DNA of 64,000 nucleotides, from the NCBI GenBank assembly GCA_951406725.2, contig OX597821.1:91450001-91514000 (forward strand), written 5' to 3'. Position numbers and translations under genes: made by a program. Shown in pieces: positions 13,658 to 26,487 of this stretch (position 1 is the first letter of the stretch; every line of letters starts with the position of its first letter). This DNA is from Octopus vulgaris (Eukaryota). The notes below the pieces were generated by a model, which made no database searches, was not told the origin of the DNA, and saw nothing but the letters and a program-made list of their open reading frames with translations.

Positions 13658-13901
13658 TTTCTAACATCAGTAATAGGCCATATATTTTGCACAGTTTATA
13701 TGTATGTAGATGGTGAGTCATTCCAATGCATTGAACAAATAGCAATAGTCAATCCCCAGCTTCATACACAAGCATACTTACATCCACAGACACACACACA
13801 AATATTTATATATGTTGTCATATATGTATATATGCTTATGTGTAAGTGTGTGTGTGTGTGTATACATAGATTTGTATAGACATAAATATATATGTATATA
13901 T

Positions 13902-14320
13902 ACTCTTACTCTTTTACTCTTTTACTTGTTTCAGTCAGTTGACTGTGGCCATGCTGGAGCACCGCCTTTAGTCGAGCAACTCGACCCCGGGACTTATTCT
14001 TTTGTAAGCCCAGTACTTATTCTATCGGTCTCTTTTGCTGAACCACTAAGTAAAGGGGACATAAACACACCAGCATCGGTTGTCAAGCAATGCTAGGGGG
14101 ACAAACACAGACACACAAACACACACATGCATATATATATATATATATATATACATATATACGACGGGCTTCTTTCAGTTTCCATCTACCAAATCCACTC
14201 ACAAGGCTTTGGTTGGTCTGAGGCTATAGTAGAAGACACTTGCCCAAGGTGCCACGCAGTGGGACTGAACCCGGAACCATGTGGTTGGTAAACAAGCTAC
14301 TTACCACACAGCCACTCCTG
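13902..14320 (-). mobile_element. SINE family A (full length)
   Basis: Reverse complement of 881-1282. Confidence 0.9.
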
Positions 14321-14690
14321 CTTTTGGATGTCATACATGTAGCAGTAGAATTTGGTTCCTACTCAGTCAATGTTCAGATGTTATTAAAAAAACTGTATTA
14401 AAATAATAACTGACACTGTGGTCATCGAAAAGGATACAGTAGAAGTTCTGTCTGTGGCTGGAAGCCAGAGTTCCCCACTTCATATCTTTGAGCGGGGTTT
14501 TAGGCTCAATTCAGATAGCTCTGTGAACCCGCTTGAGACTCATCAAACCAGGGTGGGAAATGTTTGCTTTTGGAAGGCCATATATGTGGCAGCAGAATTT
14601 GGCTCCTACTCAGTCAATGGTCAATTGTTTTTCATAAAACTTTATTAAAATAATAACTGCACACATCAGGTATAACTCAGGTTATATATA

Positions 14691-15180
14691 AGGCGGCAAG
14701 CTGGCAGAAACGTTAGCATGCCGGGCGAAATGCTTAGCGGTATTTCGTCTGCGTTACGTTCCGAGTTCAAATTCCGCCGAGGTCGACTTTGCCTTTCATC
14801 CTTTCGGGGTCGATAAATTAAGTACCAGTTACGCACTGGGGTCGATGTAATCGACTTAATACCTATGTCTGACCTTGTTTGTCCCCTCTGTGTTTAGCCC
14901 CTTGTGGGTAATGAAGAAATAGGTATAACTCAGGTGTGAACACAAATTTAAATATACAGAATGTATTAAAGTATTTCAAAATACGAACAGCTGAAAGTAG
15001 TGAGCTGGCAGAACTGTAAGCAAGTCTTTACATGCTGAGTTCAAATTCAGCCAAGGTTGACTTTGACTTTCTTAATTTCAGGGTTGATAAAAATAGGTAC
15101 CAGTTTAGCACTGGGGTAAATGTAATTACTGTACCCCTCCCCACAAACTGCTGGCCATTTGCTAATATTTGATTTGAAAC
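14691..15180 (+). mobile_element. Two SINE family B copies (14691-14923, 14997-15180)
   Basis: Family B consensus; aggtataactcagg occurs on both sides of the first copy. Confidence 0.85.
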
Positions 15181-15300
15181 CAATATACACATAACTATGT
15201 GTATACTCATAGAAGCATATAACATAATGTATATGATGACTGTGATACAAAATAATTCTTTAATAATCTTTATACATAAATATATATATATATATATATA

Positions 15301-15620
15301 GGCGCAGGAGTGGCTGTGTGGTAGGTAGCTTGTTTACCAACCACGTGGTTCCGGGTTCAGTCCCACTGCGTGACACCTTGGACTAGTGTCTTCTGCTATA
15401 GCCCTGGGCCGACCAATGCCTTGTGAGTGGATTTGCTAGACGGAAACTGAAAGAAGCCTGTCGTATATATGTATATATATATATATATGTGTGTGTTTGT
15501 GTGTCTGTGTTTGTCCCCCTGGCATTGCTTGACAATCGATGCTGGTGTGTTTATGTCCCCGTAAATTAAAGGTGGTGCTCCAGCATGACCGCAGTCAATT
15601 GACTGAAATGAGTAAAAGAG
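15301..15620 (+). mobile_element. SINE family A with an internal deletion
   Basis: Homology to 881-1282. Confidence 0.85.
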
Positions 15621-15899
15621 AAAAAGAGAGAGAGAGAGTATACATTTCCCGTCATGGTTTGACCATTCTCAATACATCCCTTCTCAATGACCAGTGTCGT
15701 AGTCTCCATTACAGCAGTCTGTGATACATGTTACAGGCTTTGTAGTGTTCACAGAACATTGAGCAGCAGACAAGATATTGGCATTTTGATACCTGGAGCA
15801 TATCATCACGATACAGGTAAATTAGTTCGAATATCAGATGGCATTCCATCCAATAAACCAGCTAACATCTTCTCAACGAGAGCTTTAATCTTTATGCTC

Positions 15900-16417
15900 T
15901 CTAGTGCCATTCACTGATCACCAATACATCTCCTCAAAGACATACATCATCTCGAAAGAGTCCAGAAGCTGGCTACCCACATGGTTCTTGGTCTCAAGCA
16001 TTTGTCTTATGAAGAAAGGCTGAAGATGCTCGACCTTTATTCTCTAGAAAAATGACGACGCCGTGGTGATCTCATTCTTGCTCCCAACATCATAAGCAGA
16101 AAGTGTAACCTCTCGAAAGAGCTGTTCTTCACTCCTGCTCCAGAGCGTCAGCTGCGGGGTCACTCCAAAAAGTTCTATCTGTGACGATTTCATCTCAATC
16201 GAAGGAGAGGGGCTTTCTCCGTCCGGGTTGCAGATCCGTGGAATAAGCTGCTGGACGCGATAGTGAAGATGCCGAAGACCGCTCGGTTCAAAGTCTCTCT
16301 TGACCAGAAATGGCCTGAACTCTTTGCATGAATACCCTCCTTGTATATAACTTCATGTCCCCCTACATGGCCTTGCTTTTTGCATTTTGAGCCAAAAAAT
16401 TAACTTAACTTAACTTC
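15900..16417 (+). mobile_element. CR1/L2-type LINE 3' end (decayed)
   Basis: Translates to LDLYSLEK*RRRGDLI ... LRGHSKK ... FS.RV...WNKL; ends in a (TAACT)n tail. Confidence 0.75.
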
Positions 16418-16975
16418 AGCTTTTCAGGCAAAAAAACACGTACAATATCATCAAATTTATTCTGAATTCCCTGTATACCAGTACAAGCTGAATAACGGAA
16501 GGCAGATTACAAAGTTACCACCATCGAAATTTTAACATTTCTAACTTTATCACAAAATAATTCATTATATTGAGTCTGTGATTTTTTTTTTAAAGATTCT
16601 AACACCAACTTTCACACAGAGTATAGAACTGGTATTAATTTTATCAAAGCCAGGACAGTGGAAATATGAAGTCCGAATTCATATTCGTATGCAGCCTGAT
16701 AATGAAAGGAGATAAAATCTAATATTGCCAGATATTTAGTTTGATGTGTGAGTATGTTTGAAAATTTAAATTCTAATGGCCATATGTGATGTGTCAATAT
16801 ATTTACGTGTGTGTACGTATGAGTGTGAGTGCACTAGGCTGTTTATTTATGTGGAGTTTATAAGCCATAATGGTGTTGTACAAATAGCATGGAATATAGT
16901 TTAAGATTTTTCAAATGTAATTTTATAAAATGAACTATGCGATATTAAGATTTAATATCATTTGAAAAGGAAAAG

Positions 16976-17181
<206 letters not shown>

Positions 17182-17580
17182 ATATTTTTATATATGGTGT
17201 GTATACATATGATCATTGAAATGGAAAATAGGGAATAAGTTATAAGAACATTTATTAAATTATAATTTCAGTATACAACTCTAAAATTAGCCTAAAACGT
17301 ACATATAAATACATAGCAGAACATAGCTATAACTGCTTGCATGTATGCCCGTCTTATCAAGTGCAGTATATATTTTTATTTAACATATATAAGTGCAATA
17401 AATTTAATGTAAATCTATATTGATACATTTTAAACTAAACATATATACAGTATAGTAAGCTGGTATTTTAAGTAATATTACTTAAATTTCTTTCAGCCTG
17501 TATATGTGAGTATGTGCAAATTGGAAACCTCGTATACATAACTAAATAAGGGCATGCACAATACAGTCAGGTTTATAGTA

Positions 17581-17620
<40 letters not shown>

Positions 17621-17917
17621 TATACACACATATGTGTATGCAAACACACATAAAAATATATATGCCCATACTCAAACATACAATTGTGTGTGTGTATGAG
17701 AGAGAGAGAGAGAGTATGAATATATATGAATATAACATGCTTAGCCTCTGGCTCTTCAACTACAAACATACATTAAGTATGTTGTATTGGTAAGTTTTTT
17801 TTACTACAGAGCTGCATGTATGGCATAATTTCAAACACAATAATATATGTATGTGTGTGTATATATATATATGTGTGTGTGTGTATATATATATGTATGC
17901 ATATATATCTGTATATA

Positions 17918-18037
<120 letters not shown>

Positions 18038-18187
18038 GTGAAATAGAAAGATGAATAATCTTGTTGCAGATTAATCAAAAGTTTAACCGATACCTTGGTA
18101 GCAAAAATCACAACAGAAGACAGCACGGTTGGAGGTACAAACATATGGTGTTGCAACCGTGCGTTGGTGCGGATAATTGAATATTAA

Positions 18188-18652
18188 TATTATTAGTGAA
18201 TTGAAGAAATGGAGTTGAACGAAGATTGAACAGAAATCGTTTTATTTCATTCTACACGCCCCATATAATACACCTAATATTCTTTAAATAGTCAGAACTT
18301 TACTCTCGGTCACAAAGAACATCTACGCACCCCGTGCCCTCACCCACCGGAATGACCGCTGCCTGACCCGTTAAAATCTTCAACGCACCCACCACCCGTT
18401 TTCAACATACACTGATAAACAGTTTGGCCATGGGCTCTTAGGAGCCTCGTTCGATTTGTTTTGCTCCGCCTCTGTTCTGTTTTTGTTTTTTCCAACGGAT
18501 TTCCTATTTCTTCCTGAAGAGAAAGACACAATATGGTCTCATTATTCAATCGGAATTTGGTAAATTGTGCCTTTCGAAACACGTGTAGAATGAAATAAAA
18601 CGATTTCTGTTCAATCTTCGTTCAACTCCATTTCTTCAATTCACTAATAATA
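18188..18652 (+). mobile_element. Non-autonomous Penelope-like element with a perfect 71-bp inverted repeat, ending in (TA)n
   Basis: 18188-18258 is the exact reverse complement of 18582-18652; the element contains a hammerhead motif. Confidence 0.75.
18505..18597 (+). ncRNA. Type I hammerhead ribozyme (minimal palindromic stem III)
   Basis: Stem I tatttc-ttc/gaa-t-gaaata; core CTGAAGA 18514-18520; stem II gaaagacacaat/attgtgcctttc; GAAA; stem III within the palindrome acacgtgt; GUA triplet 18585-18587. Confidence 0.85.
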
Positions 18653-19849
18653 TATATATATATATATATAGAACAATCTTACTTAGAAATAGATGTGTGC
18701 GTTCCGTCATATAATAAATTAATAAATAAATAAACTTATGCATATATATATACATATATATACGTACCTACCTCTACATGTATATATACATGCATATATG
18801 GGTACAGGACACCAAAAAAACGTCGAACTCAATGAGAATCGAAAACATAAACACAAAACCAAGGAAATGGACATTTTTCTTAAACAATGAAAAAATAGAG
18901 TACAGGACATACAAAACAAGGAAAATTCCTCTTCTTCAGTCGCCTTTGTTTCATCTACTCCACGTTTCGAAGGTCAAGGCGATACATGACTTTAATGAAA
19001 CAATCCTTCCCATGAAAATTAAATTAAATAAAATTTGAGATTTTTTTGCGGAGGGGTAAAAATGGTAACAAAAACAGGACAGTAACGACAGTACAAATTA
19101 TAAACAGTAAAAGATAGGACAAAGAGAATAACAGTAACACAAACAAGAAGGGCTGTTAAGCCAAACGAGATGAAATTTTTTACGAATGCTATTTTTGAGA
19201 AGGGCGAAGGAGCAACAGAAAGTACCGTCTCTACTTGAAGGCAGTCAGGACAGAAAGACAGTAGCAGAGTTCTCATCGTGGGTCAACGACGGGAGGGAGT
19301 AAGGGGAGTAAGAGAAAGGGAGACAAAACAGGGAGTGGTTGTAGATATATATATATATATATCAGCCGAAATTACTACGATGATCCGGTTCTTGACTGAA
19401 GACTGAGGGTTTCGAATGTCCTGTCCGTGTTTATTGTATCGTCTTCTAAGAGTTATACGTTCTTGTCCATGTTGTATTTTTCTACATACCTTAATATATA
19501 TATATATATATATACATATACACATATATGTATTTATGTGGCTATAGATACATATGAATATCGACATATATGAAATTTTGCCCATCTGTATATAAGCATT
19601 TGCATCAATATATATTTTCATAAACAAACCCAGTTACAGGCATATATAATGCAGGAATGCATGTAAATATACATATACAGTAATATCTATACTCACACAA
19701 ATATATAATATAGTATGTTTAATAATTATGGAACTAGTTATTTACTATATGAAGAAAAGATCAAATGCATTATATAGATACATGAACACGGTTTTGTAAC
19801 CTAGTAAATGTAGACATAGTAACTATCATGTTGGAATTGATGGGAGAAA

Positions 19850-21000
19850 TGGAAAATTTGTATGTTTGTTAATTTTAAGGTTATAGTGTATTTTTCGATT
19901 TTGTAAGATTGGAACCTGTTTGGCAGAATTAGTTCATAATGTTTAATAAGCAGATTTTTAAAAATAAATTTTCATAAGACTCAGTGGTACAAGGTAGACA
20001 AAGTTTTGTTGTGTTGAATTGCTTTAGCATAGGAGAGACCTTCGTAAGATGTTATACAGGATATTGGAAGTTTTCAGTTTTCATATGTATTCAGATGTGT
20101 TTTATGATTATATTGAGTAAGTGTGCATTTCTGCTGGTTATATCTGCTTTTGAAGTTTTTTACAGTTTTTCATTATATAAGAAAATATGTACAGGAGTGG
20201 TTTTTAAAAGAAGAATTGCCTGAGGAATATTTCAGTAGATTGCAGGGTTGGGAAGGATAAGAAATGTAGTTTACATAAAGTGCTTGCCTTAACACAATAA
20301 ACACTGTCCTACATATAACATTTTCTACTGTACTAGTTGCAGTTATTTGAATTGAAGTTATACTCTTTTACTTGTTTCAGTCATTTGACTGTTGCCATGC
20401 TGGAGCATCGCCTTTAGTCGAGCAAATCGACCCCAGGACTTATTCTTTGTAAGCCTAGTACTTATTCTATCATCCCTTTTACCGAACCGCTAAGTTATGG
20501 TGACATAAATGCACCAGCATTGGTTGTCAAGTGATGTTGGGGGAACAAATGCACACACGCATATATATACATATACATATATACGATGAGCTTCTTTCAG
20601 TTTTTGTCTACACAATCCACTCACAAGGCTTTGGTAGGCCCGAGGCTATAGTAGAAGACATTTGCCCAAGGTGCCACACAGTGGGCCCAAACCCAGAACC
20701 ATGTGCTTGGTAAGCAAGCTACTTACCACACAGCCGTTCCTGTGCCTAGCTATTTACTGGATGTTCTATTAGTTTTATTTGTTTGGAAGAATCTATGATT
20801 TGTGAAAAGCTTTGTGTGATGAATAACAAAATGTTTTTGATATTTAAGAGCCGGTGGCATATGTGATTTTTTGGGAAATGTTTTTCCAGATGCTGAATGA
20901 ATGTTTATGCTATAAAGGTTTTTAAATGTCCTTTATATGGTGAATTATACCAGATCATGCTTCTCTTACAATTTCTGTCTTATGAGTGAGGTTCTGTTGT
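19850..21000 (-). pseudogene. Heavily decayed Penelope-like retroelement (RT thumb plus GIY-YIG C-terminus), split by a SINE
   Basis: Minus-strand fragments MIWYNSPYKG (~20960), FIQHLEKHFPKNHICHRLLN (~20900) and KLCLPCTTESYENLFLKICLLN (~20005) match the IWFNPP / LIDKHFP / CxLCxxE..LLN pattern; the last of these is also seen at 62550-62804. Confidence 0.6.
20362..20747 (-). mobile_element. SINE family A
   Basis: Reverse complement of the family A consensus. Confidence 0.9.
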
Positions 21001-21327
21001 TTGTTTTCATTAATATTTTATTTATTTTGTGGACCCACTTATTTAGATTTTTATCACAATGATCTGAATGTTTTTACTTAGATTAATTCGAAGGAGTGAA
21101 TACTCTCACATTCATATTTCTTACTTTGTTCTTCTTTGATCTTCCTTCATCACTGATTTATTTTATTTATTTTTCTCATTTACTTCTTTCTTTTACTCCT
21201 TGATTTCACTGTTGTGATTTTTACCTTTTCATGCATGGTCACTTACGAATCTTGAATAAAATAGTTTACTCAAACATTAAACATTTCATCTCTAGTTAAA
21301 TAAATCAACTATATTTGTATGTGTGTA

Positions 21328-21359
<32 letters not shown>

Positions 21360-21417
21360 CATGTATATAGTTACTAGATGAGATCCAGACATTCTCTGTA
21401 TAATTTGCTTATCCCTT

Positions 21418-21800
21418 AATAGGAAATAGTGCAAGTCTAGCCACAGAATCACTCCAAAACAAGTTAGTGACTGAAAAAACATGCAGAAGATGGTTTTTGC
21501 ACTTCAGAAACGGGGACTACAACCTGCAGGATAAATCAAGAGAAGGACATGCAAAGGGATTGGATACTAATGCAATGGAAGCCACTGTTGAAGCAAGCCT
21601 GACTGTTACATTTTGAAAGCTAGGCACGGGTTTTAACATGAGCTATACCATCACTCATTGTAAATTGGGTCCCACATGATCTCTCTGCAGACAATTGTAA
21701 GGAACATGTTGACTACTGTCCATCCTTGTGATCTTGTGAGATGCAAATGCCTTTTTTGAATATAGTGGATTTGGCAAATGCGTGTGCATGTGTGTGTATG
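21418..21800 (+). pseudogene. Mariner transposase N-terminal remnant, copy 1 of a local duplication
   Basis: RRWFLHFRNGDYNLQDKSREG (HTH region) and NWVPHDLS (WVPHEL linker motif). Confidence 0.75.
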
Positions 21801-21804
21801 TATG

Positions 21805-21863
<59 letters not shown>

Positions 21864-21868
21864 ATACA

Positions 21869-22255
21869 TGGTGGAAGCACTCCGTCGGTTACAACGATGA
21901 GGGTTCCGGTTGATCCGAATCAACGGAACAGCCTGCTCGTAAAATTAACGTGTAAGTGGCTGAGCACTCCACAGACACATGCACCCTTAACGTAGTTCTC
22001 GGGGATACTCAGCGTGACACAGAGAGTGACAAGGCCGGCCCCTTGAAATACAGGTACAACAGAAACAGGAAGTAAGAGTGAGAGAATGTTGTGGTGAAAG
22101 AGTACAGCAGGGATCACCACCATCCCCTGCCAGAGCCTCGTGGAGGTTTTAGGTGTTTTCGCTCAATAAACACTCACAACACCCGGTCTGGGAATCGAAA
22201 CTGCGATCCTATGACCGTGAGTCCGCTGCCCTAACCACTGGGCCATTGCGCCTCC
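21869..22255 (-). mobile_element. tRNA-derived SINE family C
   Basis: Minus strand starts ggaggcgcaatggcccagtggttagggcagcggactc...gtttcgattcccagacc. Confidence 0.85.
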
Positions 22256-22796
22256 ATATATATACATATATATATAGTATCAACTGGGACACTTACACAT
22301 ATACATACATACTTATATACATGCATAACGCACATATAAACATGATCAGTCTTTGCTTGGAGATAGCAGTTGTGTGAGGTTCAAGTCATGAGACAAACTT
22401 TGAGCTTTGATAAAACTGTATGTGTGTGTGTGTGTTAAGTATGTATATAAAAGCTCTATTGTATATTAGATAAGAAATTGAACACATTTTTTTGCAACAC
22501 AAATGATGTAAAGAGAATGGGAGAAGGTATCTCAGAAGACAAACCCAACTGCCTTCAAAATGATTGTATACAATGATTAAACTTTGTTTTATTTCAAACA
22601 ATTTTAAAATTTTTGCATGAACATAAAACTCAAGTATCAGGTTGTAACAACAGTTCTTTCTGATTCTTTTTTTTTTTTTTTTTTTTTAGTAAATATCTAA
22701 TTAGATTTAAAGGTCCTTAACTTCTTGATTCTATTTGAAATATGACGAAATCATTAATATATTATTTTCTTTCAGATTTTGTCAATTTTAACATAA

Positions 22797-23102
22797 TCGA
22801 ACGTGGTCGTTGCGAACGTGGCCATTGCCAGCGCCGACTTGGCTGGCTTCCGTGCCGGTGGCACGTTAAATGCTCCAACTGATCATGGCTGATGCCAGAC
22901 TTCCCTGGCACCTGTGCAGGTGGCACGTAAAAAGCACCCACTACACTCGCGGAGTGGTTGGCATTAGGAAGGGCATCCAGCTGTAGAAACTCTGCCAGAT
23001 CAGACTGGAGCCTGGTGCAGCCCCTGGCTTCCCAGACCCCGGTCGAACCGTCCAACCCATGCTAGCATGGAAAGCGGACGCTAAACGATGATGATGATGA
23101 TG
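22797..23102 (+). mobile_element. RTE-tail-related short element (family D), (GAT)n tail
   Basis: gttggcattaggaagggcatccagctgtagaaac...gtccaacccatgctagcatgga..taaacgatgatgat, shared with the 3' end of the RTE at 9105; further copies at 24098-24250, 34355-34730 and 34817-35077. Confidence 0.8.
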
Positions 23103-23164
23103 AAGTTGTATCGGCACTATGTTTTTTCTAAGCAAAGAACATATTCAACAAGTTATTCTTTATG

Positions 23165-23550
23165 AATAGGAAATAGTGCAAGTCTAGCCACAGAATCACT
23201 CCAAAACAAGTTAGTGATTGAAAAAACTTGCAGAAGATGGTTTTTGCAATTCAGAAACGGGGACTACAACCTGCAGGATAAATCAAGAGAAGGACATGCA
23301 AAGGGATTGGATACTAATGCAATGGAAGCCACTGTTGAAGCATGCCTGACTGTTACATTTTGAAAGCTAGGCACAGGTTTTAACATGAGCTATAACATCA
23401 CTCATTGTAAATTGGGTTCCACATGATCTCTCTGCAGACAATTGTAAGGAACATGTTGACTACTGTCCATCATTGTGTTCTTGTGAGATGCAAATGCCTT
23501 TTTTGAATATAGTGGATTTGGCAAATGTGTGTGCATGTGTGTGCATGTAT
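23165..23550 (+). pseudogene. Mariner remnant, copy 2 (direct repeat of 21418-21800)
   Basis: Near-identical to 21418-21800. Confidence 0.75.
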
Positions 23551-23552
23551 AT

Positions 23553-23632
<80 letters not shown>

Positions 23633-23840
23633 ATGTGACCTCCTGTGTACTGTTGGCAATTTTTTTTTCCTCTGTTTTCCATTTTCTGGATCTTTCCTTC
23701 TCCTATGTTTCCGACGAAGAGCTCCGCTCGAAACGTTAAACCCTCCTTCTTTCCTTCTTTCCTGAGCGTCCAATAATACTATATTTGTTCCACGTCCTCG
23801 CGTTGTTGTGTTTTTTTGTGTTTTCTTGTTTGGATGAACT
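23633..23840 (+). mobile_element. ~205-bp short element with a minimal hammerhead-like motif, ending in (TA)n (copy 1)
   Basis: Starts atgtgacctc; gttt-CCGACGA-a-gagc-tcc-gctc-GAAACGTT-aaac at 23707-23741; copies at 33982 and 48359. Confidence 0.75.
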
Positions 23841-24044
23841 ATATATATATATATATATACACGTACTGTTGGAGATTTCTTTTCCTTCTTTGAAATTTGA
23901 ACTTTTTCCTTTCCAATGAAACATGAAACCCTCTCCTTTTACCAAGTGTCAAGCTAATACATTCTTTGTACATGTTCTCGTGTTGTCCATTAATTTTATC
24001 ATTCATTTTCTTTTATTGATTTTTTTATTTGAATTGACTATATA

Positions 24045-24099
<55 letters not shown>

Positions 24100-24254
24100 T
24101 GGCGTTAGGAAGGGCATCCAGCTGTAGAAACATTGCCAGATGAGACCAGAGTCTGGTGCAGCCTTCTGGCTTCCCAGATCCCCGGTCGAACTGTCCAACC
24201 CATGCTAGCATGGAGAACGGACGTTAAACGATGATGATGATGATGATGATATAC

Positions 24255-24308
<54 letters not shown>

Positions 24309-25078
24309 GTTTAAATATTTGTTGTGCAAGATTTTTTATGTGAAGTCGTGTGTTGAAACAGATATTGTTATATTTCGGATTGGTAATTTTGCCAGTTTAG
24401 ACAATAAAAACACACGCACTATATATTTGGTGTTATTTTGCTTCAGCGTTATTTATTTTTTACATTAATCTTAATCTTATTTCGGCCAGAGTTCTTTCGT
24501 CACACTCCTGTTTCTTCTTTCTTATTTGTGTCTCTCCTTACTAACCGTCAGCCATTTTGTATTTCTATTGTATGTCTTCATTTGCGCATGCTTATATCTC
24601 TATGTGCGTCTATGTTTATTTAGTGTGTGTGTGGGGGATGCCTGTAATATTTGTATCTTCTGTTTATATACATTCATGTAATTTGTTTTTGTTGTTGTTG
24701 TTTTTGTTTTTTCTTATTTTCTTCACGTGTTTACATCCACTTATTATTATTATCATTACGTATACTTGTATGTATATATAACAACAATACTAGTAATAAT
24801 AATATTAATAATAAATTTAAAAAAATCTTTTAAATTAAATAAATAAATAAATAAATAAGGATAAATTATTAGCTGCTCAGTTATAGATATAAACTCTATA
24901 GAGAAAGCACTTAGTGCTCTTTATGTATTGAGCACTAAGAAGTAAAATTGTAAATATTTTCCACATACATAATTTTTCTGAGCATGCTAACTACATGCTG
25001 CCAATATTCATTTATATGTGTTTATGTATATTCATGTATATGTGTGCACATATACACACACACACACACACTCACACA

Positions 25079-25105
<27 letters not shown>

Positions 25106-25111
<6 letters not shown>

Positions 25112-26487
25112 GTCCCGGGTTGATTCGGGGTTAACCACAGTAAGTAAGGTACTCAATACATAGCAGAGTAAAATTAATTTATTATATAGAAGGAGCTTCT
25201 ACAGGACTAGTACTGTTTCATTCAAGAGAAATCTTCAGGAAGCTATTTAACAAGAATTGTATTAGCATTTATACATTTAGGCAGGTTTAGTAATGTTCTT
25301 CAGGGAAGTGTCGAGGTCGATTCTTGTCAGCATTTTTCTTGGTGATGGTTATAAGGGCACTAGGGTGTGCTAGGATATGTAGGTCCCGGGTTGATTCGGG
25401 GTTAACCACAGTAAGTAAGGTACTCAATACATAGCAGAGTAAAATTAATTTATTATATAGAAGGAGCTTCTACAGGACTAGTACTGTTTCATTGAAGAGA
25501 AATCTTCAGGAAGCTATTTAACAAGAATTGTATTAGCATTTATACATTTAGGCAGGTTTAGTAATGTTCTTCAGGGAAGTGTCGAGGTCGATTCTTGTCA
25601 GCATTTTTCTTGGTGATGGTTATAAGGGCACTAGGGTGTGCTAGGATATGTAGGTCCCGGGTTGATTCGGGGTTAACCACAGTAAGTAAGGTACTCAATA
25701 CATAGCAGAGTAAAATTAATTTATTATATAGAAGGAGCTTCTACAGGACTAGTACTGTTTCATTCAAGAGAAATCTTCAGGAAGCTATTTAACAAGAATT
25801 GTATTAGCATTTATACATTTAGGCAGGTTTAGTAATGTTCTTCAGGGAAGTGTCGAGGTCGATTCTTGTCAGCATTTTTCTTGGTGATGGTTATAAGGGC
25901 ACTAGGGTGTGCTAGGATATGTAGGTCCCGGGTTGATTCGGGGTTAACCACAGTAAGTAAGGTACTCAATACATAGCAGAGTAAAATTAATTTATTATAT
26001 AGAAGGAGCTTCTACAGGACTAGTACTGTTTCATTCAAGAGAAATCTTCAGGAAGCTATTTAACAAGAATTGTATTAGCATTTATACATTTAGGCAGGTT
26101 TAGTAATGTTCTTCAGGGAAGTGTCGAGGTCGATTCTTGTCAGCATTTTTCTTGGTGATGGTTATAAGGGCACTAGGGTGTGCTAGGATATGTAGGTCCC
26201 GGGTTGATTCGGGGTTAACCACAGTAAGTAAGGTACTCAATACATAGCAGAGTAAAATTAATTTATTATATAGAAGGAGCTTCTACAGGACTAGTACTGT
26301 TTCATTCAAGAGAAATCTTCAGGAAGCTATTTAACAAGAATTGTATTAGCATTTATACATTTAGGCAGGTTTAGTAATGTTCTTCAGGGAAGTGTCGAGG
26401 TCGATTCTTGTCAGCATTTTTCTTGGTGATGGTTATAAGGGCACTAGGGTGTGCTAGGATATGTAGGTCCCGGGTTGATTCGGGGTT
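25106..26487 (-). repeat. 271-bp tandem repeat, left arm (5.1 units, hammerhead on the minus strand)
   Basis: aggtcccggg recurs at 25110, 25381, 25652, 25923, 26194 and 26465 (exact 271 spacing). Confidence 0.97.

Noticed and set aside
18795-19492. TA-flanked segments with GAAACGT (minus, ~18963) and cgatga/ctgaaga motifs
   Set aside because: Probably PLE-related, but no complete hammerhead fold or protein motif could be assembled.
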